In this document: one piece after another, positions 12,877 to 25,158 of the stretch
Position numbering within the stretch: the first letter of the stretch is position 1
Layout of the letters: each line of letters begins with the position of its first letter
DNA from: Octopus sinensis
Lineage: Eukaryota
Length of the DNA stretch: 64,000 bases
Direction: 5' to 3'
Assembly (NCBI RefSeq): GCF_006345805.1
Contig: NC_043004.1
Coordinates: 12,586,001-12,650,000, forward strand
The notes under the pieces: model-generated
Seen by the model: only the letters and a program-made list of their open reading frames with translations
What the model was told of the DNA's origin: nothing
Databases searched by the model: none
Made by a program: the position numbers and the translations under genes

Positions 12877-13012
12877 GTTACACGCACCTATCGACACTCA
12901 TTCATTCACTTATTCATATTTTCGCCTGCATGAAGAACTTTAAATTCCAAGTCATATTTTTATCATTTAACCGGAAGGAAACAACGCTTATAAAAGAGTT
13001 TTATTCGTTCAG

Positions 13013-13094
13013 TACCTCCATTACTCTGGCAGGAAGTGAAGAAGACATCCTCAAACTGAGAACCTGGCTAACCAAGTACCAGATGGTGTTGCTG
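13013..13094 (+). CDS. Possible isolated internal exon (TSITLAGSEEDILKLRTWLTKYQMVLL), unassigned
   Basis: Acceptor ttttattcgttcag, donor CTG|gtaaat, one open frame, unique sequence; no family recognised. Confidence 0.2.
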
Positions 13095-13956
13095 GTAAAT
13101 GATGTGTTGTATCAAACATCCCCAAAATCTTTGGACGTCCAAGAAATAGAAAGAAATTATTAAAAATGTAGGTCATTATTTAATGTTTTTTCCTTTCCTT
13201 TTAAAAGTGTTTGGTGTATCTTGAGGTAGATTTGGCTGCTGCTTCTAGCAATTCATTTAACAATATGTAGTGGTTTCCTATTCGTTTCATGTAACTTCTA
13301 TAAAATAGCGTACTGCAGCTGTCTCATACTAAATGCTTCCTTTATGAGCTACTTAGGGAACCTCAAGAAGCTAACAGGAGGATCGCTTACATTATCACTT
13401 GGAATATCAGAAATATTTCAAAGAAAATCTTATATCATAGAATAACTTTCTATATTAATGAACAGCGAAATTTCTACAAGGTAAATAATTTGGTATCACT
13501 ATCTGGTCGACATAAAATGTAGTCAGTTATGTATATTAATCTGCCACATTAATTTAATTGTAAATATTTACTTAATCGATGAGAAAACGACGAAAAACAC
13601 TGTGAGACTGTCAGTTTGAGTTTTCATATGAGAAATAACGATAACACTGATTCGTTAATGTAATTATTTTAGCCCCCTAAGCTATGCAAAATAAAGGTTA
13701 CTAAATTTGGCACGGCACAAAATTCTATTTTAAAATTGAAAGCTTGGGTAAAAGGTACAGTAGTTAAAGTTATTTTTAAACACAGCAAACTGCATAACTG
13801 GCAAATATTGATAATTTAAATTAATATCTCTTTACTTTGTAGTCGCACCCCAACAGGCTGTTATAGGTACTAAAAGACTACATTAAAAGAATTAGAAGAC
13901 ACTATAGGCAATTTGCGTCGCTGAAACCCTATTTAGTAAAGAGTAAGTATTAAAAT

Positions 13957-14264
13957 GTGGAGGTACATGGCCTAGTGGTTAGAGCAGTGAACTCGAGGGA
14001 TTCCGGGTTCGAAACCAAGACCAGGTGATGTGTGTATTTATGAGCGAAACACCTAAGCTCCACGCGGTTCCGACAGAAGGTAATGGCGAACTTCTGCTGA
14101 CTCTATCGCCACAACTTTCTCTCACTCTTTCCTCCTGCATCTTGCAGCTCACCTGGGGCCAACCGGCGTCCCGTCCAGGTGGGGAACCTATACGCCAAGG
14201 AAACCGGGAAACCGTCCCTTATGAGCCAGGCGTGGCTCGAAAAGGAACAAACAAAACAAAAAAC
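13957..14264 (+). mobile_element. Full-length tRNA-derived SINE (V-domain-like body) with 12-bp TSD
   Basis: GTGGAGGTACATGGCCTAGTGGTTAGAGCAG head; GGCGTCCCGTCCAGGTGGGG body; (AAAC)n tail; TSD AAGTATTAAAAT at 13945-13956 and 14265-14276. Confidence 0.9.
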
Positions 14265-14995
14265 AAGTATTAAAATAATGTTAGTTTCTCGATAAAGAGA
14301 ATTACAAAAATGTTTTGTTTTTTTTTGGAAGAAATTCTACCGTTTTTGAATTGCCAATATCAATTGAGCATTTTTATTTTCATTTATTTCCTTGTTGCTT
14401 TAGATCACTTATTCACTAATAGAAATTTGTTTCAAGTTTTATACATGAATTATCTGATGGCTAATTAGTGCATATTTCATCGAGGAACATGTGAAGTTAA
14501 ACATAAACTGTTTCAGTTCGATTACGGGCTGCAGTAACTACTAACAGAAATCTAACGTTATTCACGTAACATAAGAGCTCGAATAATTACCGTAATAAAA
14601 GACCTGATCTTTTCACCAAATGCAGACATATTGACAAGTTCTGCTTTTCTAATTTCGATGAAATAATGAAACCCGATTAACATATAACATTTTATTTGTG
14701 ATCATTCCAGTCGATAACATTACCGCAGAACACACTGGTTACTTTTCTCAAATTTTTACAAGCCACACGTTCAGAAATACACGAGGCAAGGCTATCGACA
14801 GAAATAAATATCTTACACAGCATAACTGAATATTAATTCATAAACTCCATTTATTAATTTCCGTCTTTTTCCCATATATCTGTTCAGATCTCTTGAGAGT
14901 TTCATACCGCTCAAAATATGATATTACTATATATCCGGATACTGATCTTCTATCTATCTATCTATCTATCTATCATGTTTGTGCATGTGTGTGTT

Positions 14996-15082
<87 letters not shown>

Positions 15083-15711
15083 GAATATGTATATGTCTAT
15101 GTATATGTATGTATGTATATATGTATACATAGTGAGCGTATGTATATGAGTATATGTATATGTGTCTGTGCATGCATGTGTACATGTAAATACGTATTCT
15201 ACAACCTTCCTGCCGGATATCCTCCTCAACTGACATTTCACTTTGCCGATACCATGATGGATATTGACAACAAACTTCAACGCATAACGAAAGCTTAAAC
15301 AAAACTGCTATTCGAAAAATGTTTCACTCAAGTCACATCTATTTGCAAAATGCTGTATTTGGCTTGAAAATTAAAATCATGGGCAGCCGATAATACATTA
15401 TATACATATGTGTGCATGTACGTACGTATTTGTATAAATCTGTGTGTGTGTGTGTATGTGTGTGTGTGTGTACGTGTCTGTGCGCGCATTTTAGTGCGTG
15501 TATGAATATAGGTATGGATATGTATTCTGCGTGTATATATGAAAGTGCATAACTGAGAATGTTGACAAACGGGAAAACACTGTACCTTCGAAATACATTT
15601 ATCACTTATTAATACGAAGAGTTGAAATTAATGCATGCGAGGTTTCACAGCTTATCATCACTCCTTCATAGTCAACCTTTCAGCACATCCTCATATTGTG
15701 AATTTACACAA

Positions 15712-15744
<33 letters not shown>

Positions 15745-15749
15745 TATTA

Positions 15750-16137
15750 CTCTTTTACTTGTTTCAGTCATTTGTCTGTAGCCATGCTGGAGCACCGCCT
15801 TTAGTCGAGCAAATCGACCTCAGGACTTATTCTTTGAAAACCTAGTACTTATTCTATTGGTCTCTTTTGCCGAACCGCTAAGTTACGGGGATGTAAACAC
15901 ACCAGCATCGGTTGTCAAGCGATGTTGGGCGTACAAACACAGACACACAAGCATACACACACACATACACACATATATACAACGGGCTTCTTTCAGTTTC
16001 CGTCTACCAAATCACAAGGCTTTGGTGGGCCCGAGGCTTTAGTAGAAGACACTTGCCCAAGGTGCCACGCAGTGGGACTGAATCCGGAACCATGTGGCTG
16101 GTAAGCAAGCTACTTACCACACAGACACTGCTACGCC

Positions 16138-16140
<3 letters not shown>
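15750..16140 (-). mobile_element. SINE-A, full length
   Basis: Reverse complement of family A head and tail. Confidence 0.9.
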
Positions 16141-16187
<47 letters not shown>

Positions 16188-16189
16188 GA

Positions 16190-16460
16190 CGGTATTAACA
16201 GTTTATCGGATGCTGTTATACACAGCTGGTCCCAATGCGCTTCGTATTATTTTAGCTTTCGATTGATGCCACACCACTGGCTATGCGAGTAGACCAACAG
16301 TTCCTGTGAAGGAGACATCAGAGTTATGCATTTACTGTTGAACAGACTGAAGCAAGGTGAAATGAAGTATTTTGCTCAAGAGCACAATGCACATCCGGTC
16401 TGGCAATCGAAGGCATGATCGCGTGGTCGTGAGTGCAGCGTGTACCCACAATGCCACGCG
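16190..16460 (-). mobile_element. tRNA-derived SINE, degenerate (separate family)
   Basis: Minus strand tRNA-like head then GCATTGTGCTCTTGAGCAAAATACTTCATTTCACCTTGCTTCAGTC core-like motif. Confidence 0.65.
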
Positions 16461-16829
16461 GAAGCAAGTTGGTTTTGGTATACATGAATTCGTTTGAGCA
16501 GAGATTTTACGTGGTGCTCTGTAAAGAAGGTTAATTTGTGTGTCTGTTGAAGATTGGATTGGGAGCGAAGTTATGCAACCTTTTGGCGGAAGAAATGGGT
16601 CTCCTGGCCGTACGTAATTGTATTTTGCAAACGGTCATTATCATTGGCCAGAACAAACGTTAAGAGATGCGCACGCGTGTGTGTATGTGTGCGAATAAGT
16701 TTGTGTGTATGATTGGACTTGACCTTAAGTTTGTTTGTTAGTAAAGAATATCAGAATTGTTATGTTTATGGGTACATAGTGATGAATGCCTCCAGTACAG
16801 AATTGAGTAGTCTGAATATTTGCATCGAT

Positions 16830-17420
16830 AATCACATGGCAGCAAGTTCATTACCACTGCGTGGTACTATCGGCAAGAATCTTCTACACCAGCCCCGTGC
16901 AGTTCAAAGCCTTGTGAGCAGTGGTGTACTGGGTCTAAAAATATTGGTTGCACGGAGACTAAGGGGGCCCACCCGCAACTACAATGCTATCGTTTAATTT
17001 TTCTTTTCCTTTTCTTTTTGTTAAAAGTATTCTTTTCAACTATCTACAAACACAGCCAGGTTGAAATAATTAATGCATTCTTCCAGGATGAATAAAAAAA
17101 AAATTCAAACTTGAGGGAATGGGCCCTATAGATACTAACATGGGCATCCATATATGGATGCTAATGGTGCAGGGCCCCACTTGCCATCGGGCAAGCTGTC
17201 AACCTGGCCAGTCTGCCACTGTTTGTAAGGGAATTTGGGGGACGACGAAACCTGAAGTAAACCCGTCGTGTGTGTATAATTATATTTATGTCTATATATA
17301 TACATTATAAGTTTATATATATGCGCTTGACAACCGGTGTTGGTATGTTTATATCCTAGTAACATAGCAGTTCGGCAAAATGAAACTCATAGAATAAGGA
17401 CCAGGCTTAACAAATATCTT
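16830..17420 (+). mobile_element. Old SINE-A interrupted by a hAT-like MITE
   Basis: Head ends ...AAAGCCTTGTGAG (16918) and resumes GGAATTTGG...ACCCGTCG after 17229; tail to ~17420. Confidence 0.7.
16919..17221. mobile_element. hAT-like MITE
   Basis: Termini CAGTGGTGTACTGG / CCAGTCTGCCACTG; imperfect 8-bp TSD CTTGTGAG / TTTGTAAG. Confidence 0.7.
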
Positions 17421-17459
17421 CTGTATATATACATATATATATATATATGATCTCTTAAG

Positions 17460-17655
17460 CACCACCAGCTCAAATATTGTCTCCTCTGTCTTCCCTCCTT
17501 GGGATCTTTCCTTCTCCTTGTTTCCGACGAAGAGCTCCGCTCGAAACGTTAAACCCTCCTTCCCTTCTTTCCTGAGCGTCAATAATACTTTAATTGTTCC
17601 ACGTCCTGCGCTGCTGTGTATTTTTCCCTTTTTTTCTGTGTTTTCTTGTTTGGAT

Positions 17656-17660
<5 letters not shown>
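17460..17660 (+). mobile_element. ~200-bp Penelope-like short element with minimal hammerhead motif, ending in (TA)n
   Basis: GTTT-CCGACGA-A-GAGC-TCC-GCTC-GAAA-CG-TT-AAAC; homologues at 23570, 54745 (-) and 59845 (-). Confidence 0.75.
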
Positions 17661-17714
<54 letters not shown>

Positions 17715-18001
17715 GCACACACACACTTGTATACAACCATAGACATACATATATGGTATGCGTGTGTTTTTTTTTGTGTCTACATGCATGTATATGTCCC
17801 TGCGCACAGAATATAACATGCATGAGTATTTATTTTATAGATGATATATTTGCGTGTGTCTGTGTAATAGAAAAGGAAGAAACATGATCGAGCGAAAAAA
17901 GAAAAGTTAGAGCGAGCAGATTTGATATAATGATTTTGTCAATAACCAACAAGTCAAAAATTCCAGTTATATCGAAAAACGCTTTTCGTGTTGGCCCACA
18001 G

Positions 18002-18041
18002 GATCATGGAAATTTTCAAGGAATTTCTGACATGTTTAGCA
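18002..18041 (+). CDS. Possible 40-nt exon (IMEIFKEFLTCLA or DHGNFQGISDMFS)
   Basis: Acceptor cttttcgtgttggcccacag, donor GCA|gtaaga. Confidence 0.2.
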
Positions 18042-18274
18042 GTAAGAATCGCTGCCAAACGCTTCAGGCATTCTTTATAACTTGTACGATTGTTAAAAAT
18101 GGCTTCTTCAATGTGCTGCACGCAATCTTTTCCTCATGCAGTCCTTTTTTTCCACCCCCCTTTTTTTTTCTCCTTCCTCAACTTTTTTATATTTATTTCG
18201 TTTTTAGTTCATCTCACGCATTTTAAAATACCACAAATTGATTTCGTTAATATTATTGTTTCGTTTTCTTTCCG

Positions 18275-18341
<67 letters not shown>

Positions 18342-19469
18342 CCTTTTTAAACAATTTATTTCCCATTTTTGGACGTGTTTTTCTTAATTCGCGACTGCAG
18401 CTGTTGTTTTTACTTAAAAGTGTTTGTGTTTGCATTTGCGATGGCGATGGTGGTGGTGATGCTTGTGGTGGTGGTGGTTGTGGTGGTAGAAGTTATGAAT
18501 GTAGTTATGGTGTTGTTGTTGGAGGTAAAGGAAATTGTTCAATGGAATCTCATTCTGTTACTGCAGATGATTCTACTGCTGCCGGTAAACGACGCTTCTG
18601 GTATTGTTGATAAAGCTTGTAACGGCGGTGGTGGTGGTGGTGGTGGTGTTGGTGGTGGTGGTGGTGATGGTGATTGCGTTGAGAGTGGTTGTAATGATAG
18701 TTAATTGAAGATGTTTAGGTGACTGACCTAAACCAACTCGAGCTGCTATCGCAGTGGAATAGCATCCAAAAGGAACAGAATATAAATGCCGTTTAATAGA
18801 CACACGGAATGATGGTTGTTTGCTCCCCAACGACGTTCGAAAGCATTCAACTGTAACCTTGTAACTGTGATTACAAGACAAATATTCCCTTGAAGCGTAT
18901 GACATGATGGAACATAAGTTTCTTTCGTCTTAAATATCTGTCAGAAAATCGCAGTTAAACTCAATGGCTGTAAGATATAATAATCTGTCTTATATTTCCC
19001 TTAGAGCAGCAGGACAGCTGTTATATATTGTAGATATGTAATGGTTTGAATCGCTGAAGGATAGTTAATGCTATATAATTGCTAATGCGTTCGTCTGGAG
19101 TTCCTAGAGAATGTCTGATATAATAATACTACATAACAAAATAAAGAGAAATGCTAAGATTTCAACTAGCGATAAACCAGCCTAATATAACCATTATTGG
19201 CTAATAAAGATATTATTGGCATAAGACAGTTTTTAGTACTTTTCTTATTTTTATACAAACCAGTCAGTATTTCTTGAGTTATAATTCTTTAATTGTTATA
19301 TTACTAGTGTAACCTAAGATGACCGTGTAGCGCAACTGGGAGAGTGCAGGGGAAATATCGTTTGTTATTTACTTATTGCTTGCGAGTTAAAGATCTGGAG
19401 GTGAAGGCGATATTGAATTTTTATGTCTTGAGACTATAGAAAGTGATGGTAATATTGAGTCCAGTGTAA

Positions 19470-20470
19470 GGCGGCGAACTGGCAGAAACGATAGCACGCC
19501 GGACGAAATGCTTCGCGGTATTTCGTCTGCCGCTACGTTCTGAGTTCAAATTCCGCCGAGGTCGACATTGCCTTTCAGCCTTTCGGGGTCGATTAAATAA
19601 GTACCAGTTACACATTGGGGTCGATATAATCGACTTCATCTGTTTGTCTTCTCTGTGTTAAGCTTCTTGTGGGTAGTAAGGAAATGGGTATTTCGTCAAC
19701 CGTTACGTTCTGAGTTCAAATTCCGCCGAGGTCGACTTTCCCTTTCATCTTTTCGGGGTCGATTAAATAAGTACCAGTTACGCACTGGAGTCGATATAAT
19801 CGAATTCATCCGTTTGTCTGTCCTTGTTTGTCCTCTCTGTGTTTAGCCCCTTGTGGGTAGTAAAGAAATAGGTATTTCTTGTGTCTTTACGTTCTGAGTT
19901 CAAATTCGGCCGAGGTCGACTTTGCCTTTTATCCTTTCGGGGTCGATAAATTAAGTGCCAGTTGCGTAGTGGGGTCGATGTAATCGACTGGCCCTCCTCT
20001 CCCCCAAAATTTCAGGCTTTGTGCCTAGAGAGGAAAATAATATTAAGCTTGAGCTGTCAGAGTCGTTAGCATACTGGGAAAAATGTATAGCGATGTTTCG
20101 TGCGACTTTACGTTCTGAGTTCAAATTCCGACAAGGTAGACTTTGCATTTTGCCCTTTCGAGGTTGATAAAATAAATATCAGTTGAACACTGGGGTCGAT
20201 GTAATCGACTCACACCCTCCCCCGAAATTGCTGGCTTTGTGCAAAAATTTGAAAGCAATATATTTGGTTGATTTCTGGCGGCGGGATCGCAGCATCGTTA
20301 GTACGCCAGAAAAATGCTTAGCGGCATTTTGTCCATCTTCACGATCTGAGCTCAAATTCCGCCAACGGCAACTTTGCCATATTCCCTTCCGGGGTCGATG
20401 AAATAAATATTAGTTGAACATTAAGGTCGATGTAATCGAAATTGATGGAATTGTGCCAAAGTTGAAATTA
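19470..20470 (+). mobile_element. Tandem cluster of 5-6 Nin-domain SINE units
   Basis: Repeated TTACGTTCTGAGTTCAAATTCCGCCGAGGTCGAC...TTTCGGGGTCGAT; internal units at ~19530, 19705 and 19890 lack heads. Confidence 0.9.
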
Positions 20471-21665
20471 ATATATTAGGTTTGATTCAATAAAAAATAT
20501 ACTGTCACCCGACTTCAACCCTTAACATGCGTCACACGTTGTACAGAACAGATACTTTCCCAGCGTCCATGCATCATATCTGATACACACTCCGAAGTTT
20601 TTCTTCAACCACCAGAGTAACTTGGGTTTCATTACTCAGACCATATGAAATAAAGGCTAACTAAATATGCCTGGACATTAAGGACAAAGTTATGAAAATG
20701 CTCTGGACGAGGAAAAGGTTAAGAAAGCGTTGCCTGGTGTAAATGTTAGAAATCATTGTTATGGTGATGATGATGATGATGATGATAATTGATTGGCAAA
20801 ATTGTTTGAGCTTCGTGCATAATACCTAGTGGTATATACTTTCGCCTTTATATTTTGTGCGTTTGAATCCAACCAAAGTTGACATCAACATACATTTTTC
20901 AAAAAGTGATACAATGAGAATTCTAATTCGTGAGATGCTATATGACACCAATATGTCATTAGTTATCTCATTCTTTCATTTCCTCATTATTTCTCTATCG
21001 CATTCTCTCACTTTCTATGTCTGTCATAACTACCAACAATTTCTTGTTGTTTGCATGTATTCTTATGTGGATATATGTTATTCTTTGTTGTGATAGCATT
21101 CACATATGTGGACTTCTATATTTTTATCCGTATTGCCTCCAAAATTGCCTTAAAAGTACAGTGCCAGATAAAATCTTCTCCCTTGTCAATACAGCATATC
21201 GTAAACAATGTTGCTCAATATTATTTCAATTGTCATCTAAGTTTAGTACATTTACTTCTAAAATCAATGTTGAAATTTTTAGCAAGTAGCAAGAAATTCA
21301 ACAAAGATTTATGAAAGAAATGACAAGATATTATTACCGACAGAGCAGATGTTTATGACTGACACTGTACCACAAAAATGAGCCGTGGAATTCCCATGGG
21401 TACTGATAATTTAATGTAATTTAGTAAGACAACATAATTACATATAAGCATACATCCAAGCATAAATATACACTCATACAAACACACATACACACAGTCC
21501 CGCACACATTCACACACGCACACACATTTGCAAATATATATATATATATATAGATATAGAAATAAATATTGATAGACAAATATTTATATTATGTATATAT
21601 ATGTATCTACGTATTATATATGTATATATATGTGTGTGTGAATATATATAAATATATATATGCAT

Positions 21666-21696
<31 letters not shown>

Positions 21697-22175
21697 CACA
21701 TACACACACACACACACACAGAATAGTTATAAGTTGCGTTATTTATATTCTTAATGCTTATATGAACATTGGATTGAAAAGTAATCAATATTGAACATAA
21801 AAATAGAAAACAGGCAAAAATGGAGGCTTGGAAGCATATAGCACCATCCTGTACATTGAATACTTACCAGAGAATACGTGGTCAAAATACGAAACTGGTT
21901 CCTCTCATTTTCTGTTGTTGTTATTTATTTATTTATTTATCTATCTATATATCTATTTATTCATTTTGCTTGGCCGTAGCTGTACAAAATCAACATCTCC
22001 TAAGATCTTCTGTGAAAAGGGAAGAACACCGTCTGTAACCAGTAGTTGTTGTTCAGTGTCTCCTGTAGTTTCCTTCTCCGTATTTCGACCTCCACGGAGC
22101 AAAAATCTTTTGCTTAAAGCAGTTAGTGTTTCAGCTCTGCGTCGTCAGTTTCGTGTTTTATTTTGTTTACGATAG

Positions 22176-22246
22176 GAACTGTACCAGTATAGCACTGTGA
22201 TGTTTGCTTCTCCTGATTATCAACCACCCGGATTGTTCCACAATAG
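22176..22246 (+). CDS. Possible 71-nt exon (ELYQYSTVMFASPDYQPPGLFHN)
   Basis: Acceptor tttcgtgttttattttgtttacgatag, donor TAG|gtaacg, only frame 0 open. Confidence 0.25.
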
Positions 22247-22712
22247 GTAACGAATTTTAAATTGCCACCGTCTCCACCAAGATCCTCTTGTCTTACACTG
22301 CCCCAAGTATTGTGATGAGGCTCTGGAAAGATCTATAGCAGGGATTGTTTCTTTACCGCCTCCTTAAGAATTTATATTATGAAAATAAGTCCGTAGTCTT
22401 TCCTTCGGTCGATGGAGACGACACTGTTTCATACATCAACAATAGATTTTTCCAGGTTTTATAGAAGGCACAAAGAAGCCCCACCTCATTTATGACAAAA
22501 CATGTGTATGGTACCCATCGATTTAATTGTTCCTGTGTGCATTTTCCTCTCATAATAATAATACTTCACTGAAATCCAACCAGTTTCCTTTCAGATATCA
22601 TCAACAAAAAAGAATAAGCGACTCAATACACTCGGCAGCAGTATTAGAGGAAGAGAGGTAGTATTAGTGGGAGAGAGACAGTTTTAGAGAATGAGAGAGA
22701 GGAGGAGAAGGG

Positions 22713-22756
<44 letters not shown>

Positions 22757-22789
22757 GTTAGCTCGCAATATAGAGATAAGAAAAAGGTA

Positions 22790-22950
22790 GCGAGCAGGCA
22801 GAATCGTTAGCATGCCGGGCCAATTAGCGGCATTTCGTCCGTTTTTTTTCAATAAAATAGGTACCAGTTGAACACTGGAGCCGATGTAATTGCTTCAGCC
22901 CCTCTCCGGAAATTGCGGGCATTGTGCCAAAATTTGAAACCAATATAGAT
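22790..22950 (+). mobile_element. Nin-domain SINE with internal deletion
   Basis: GCGAGCAGGCAGAATCGTTAGCATGCCGGG...GTACCAGTTGAACACTGG...AAATTTGAAACC. Confidence 0.75.
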
Positions 22951-23191
22951 ATGAAAATCAGTCAGTGTATTCAAAATCAGAATGATGGACAAATATGAAA
23001 CCGTCTGGTATGTTGTTTGATTATATTTTCTGGAAACTTGACAAAATGATAGGCCTGAAGCATTCAGAAGAAATTAACATAATCAAATACGTTCTATAAT
23101 CCAGGCAGATTCTTACCATGTTCCTCAAAGACAAAGAATCACCTCTGCTGTTGCAATGTTTCAAACAGTACCTCATACACACACACACATT

Positions 23192-23225
<34 letters not shown>

Positions 23226-23569
23226 CACTCACACACACACATATATATATATATACATACACACACACATACACATACACACATATATGTAATAAGACTG
23301 GCTTATTTGCAATTTTACAACCGAAAGGCAGAAATATATACTTCACTAAGGTGATTGAGGTCACTAATCAGCACCAGTATTGCTGGAAATGAGAGTTAAA
23401 ACGACTCATAGCTACAAAAAGCAATCATATCTCAATGACTGACAAGCATGCTTCCATTGTCAGTCCTTAAGATAAGGTGCTTCTTATGCCTATTAGCTGT
23501 ATTAACTCTTATTTTTAGCAATACTGGTACTGACTAGGCACCCGGTCACTTTAGTAACGTACCTCGTGT

Positions 23570-23762
23570 GTACCGTTGGTGATTTTTTTCCTCTGTCTTC
23601 TCTTCTCTGGATCTTTCCTTCTCCTAAGTTTCCGACGAAGAGCTCCGCTCGAAACGTTAAACCCTCCTTCTTTCCTTCTTTCCTGAGCGTCCAATAATAC
23701 TATATTTGTTCCACGTCCACGCGTTGTTGTGTTTTTTTTGTGCTTTCTTGTTTGGATTAACT

Positions 23763-23765
<3 letters not shown>
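23570..23765 (+). mobile_element. Penelope-like short element with minimal hammerhead motif
   Basis: TTTCCGACGAAGAGCTCCGCTCGAAACGTTAAAC identical to the 17519 copy; ends GGATTAACTTTATA(TA)n. Confidence 0.75.
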
Positions 23766-23800
<35 letters not shown>

Positions 23801-23899
23801 TGTAAGTCACCTAGTTATAACATCTAGTATTAATAATTAAGTACTTATTAAGTACTAAGTACTAACACGACCAAGTGTTTCATCTTTTGCAAACGTTCA

Positions 23900-24400
23900 A
23901 ATCGCCTTCAAATTTTTCCCCGCTTTCTTCTTTGCCATTCTTTGTTACTACTGTTCCTAGTGAAATACATCGGTACTTCACCATAAAATAATGTCTTTGC
24001 AAAGTCATCATTGACGGCCAACGAAAAGAATTCTGTCAATGTTCTAATATGTCGTTCATTGACAGCCACATGTATCCTCATTATATCTGAGCAATATTCT
24101 TTGTTCACCTGGTTGATGAACTTGCAGTTTCACTATTGCAGGGGCTTTTCATGAAATGAAAATCCTAAAATGGATGCATCTGCTTCGGATGGTCCAATAT
24201 ACTTGGTCATTGCTTTTCCGCGTGTACTTCATGACGTACTTACCTCACTGAGGCAACGATTTCAACGTTGCAGTGACATTTGAATGCTCTTAAGAGGTTT
24301 TCATTATCGGGTACAATCCATTTGTTGTTTGTTTGTCCATTCTTATGAGATTCAACTATTCCCATTGCAACTGATCTTCATCTATAAAGAAATAATCTCT
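23900..24400 (-). pseudogene. Helitron Rep/helicase fragment, disrupted
   Basis: Minus-strand peptides across frameshifts: WIVPDNENLLRAFKCHCNVEIVASV, KYVMKYTRKSND, YIGPSEA..ILGFSFHEK, TLTEFFSLAVNDDFAKTLFYGEVPMYFTRNSSNKEWQRRKRG, matching the conserved Helitron Rep C-terminal motifs as I know them. Confidence 0.85.
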
Positions 24401-24615
24401 CTATCTTTTGTTCTGCAATTTGATTAAGATGATAAAAAGTAATATTTTAATATAAATAAAATAGTAATTTTCCCTTTTAAGAATAAAAAAACTCAATACC
24501 TGTGATTCAAAAAATATCTCTTAAATATATAGGGAAAATTTGTTCCAGACTGAGCACATAAATGCGAAAAAAGGTCGAAAAAATAGTACTCGAATACCAG
24601 AGGTACAGTAATATG

Positions 24616-24770
24616 CTTTATTGAAAAACATCAGAAATATCACAAAAACTGTTACTCAGAGTTTCACATTCCCGTTCGTCGGACAGCTTTGTTAAGATTC
24701 TAAACAAAGCTGACCGACGTAACGGGAACGTGAAACAGATTTTGTGATATTCTTGCTGCTTTTCAATAAA

Positions 24771-24771
<1 letters not shown>
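24616..24771. repeat. Imperfect foldback element with hammerhead-like cores on both arms
   Basis: CTTTATTGAAAA...CAGCTTTGTT / AACAAAGCTG...TTTTCAATAAAG inverted arms. Confidence 0.85.
24645..24690 (-). ncRNA. Predicted type I hammerhead ribozyme (variant core)
   Basis: AAAGCTGT-CCGACGA-ACG-GGAA-TGT-GAAA-CTC-T-GAG-TA-ACAGTTTT: all three stems pair; U4C variant and A-U pair at 10.1-11.1. Confidence 0.55.
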
Positions 24772-24814
<43 letters not shown>

Positions 24815-25126
24815 TTTTTTATTTTGAGGTTATAAGCTATTCACAAAAATATTTGGTGAAGAGAATGTCATACACGTTTAGGGAAGAAGTTTTCCTATAG
24901 TGTGTATTTCTATGTAAGCGCTTTCAATGTTCAAGCGCTTTTGTTGTTGAAGTACTTTCGTCGTTCGAGCGCTTACACACGGTATACACACTTTACAAAA
25001 TCTCTTCCCCAAACATTTCTGACATTCTCATCTGTAGTTTTATTTTCAATAATTTATCTATGCAGATAAGTTTTAAAATATCATTTTTCAAAATATGACT
25101 CTATCAATTATTTTTTACGTGACTTT

Positions 25127-25158
<32 letters not shown>

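Noticed and set aside
22000-22340. Minus-strand open stretch IFPEPHHNTWGSVRQEDLGGDGGNLKFVTYCG...
   Set aside because: No recognisable homology, weak splice signals, overlaps a better plus-strand exon candidate
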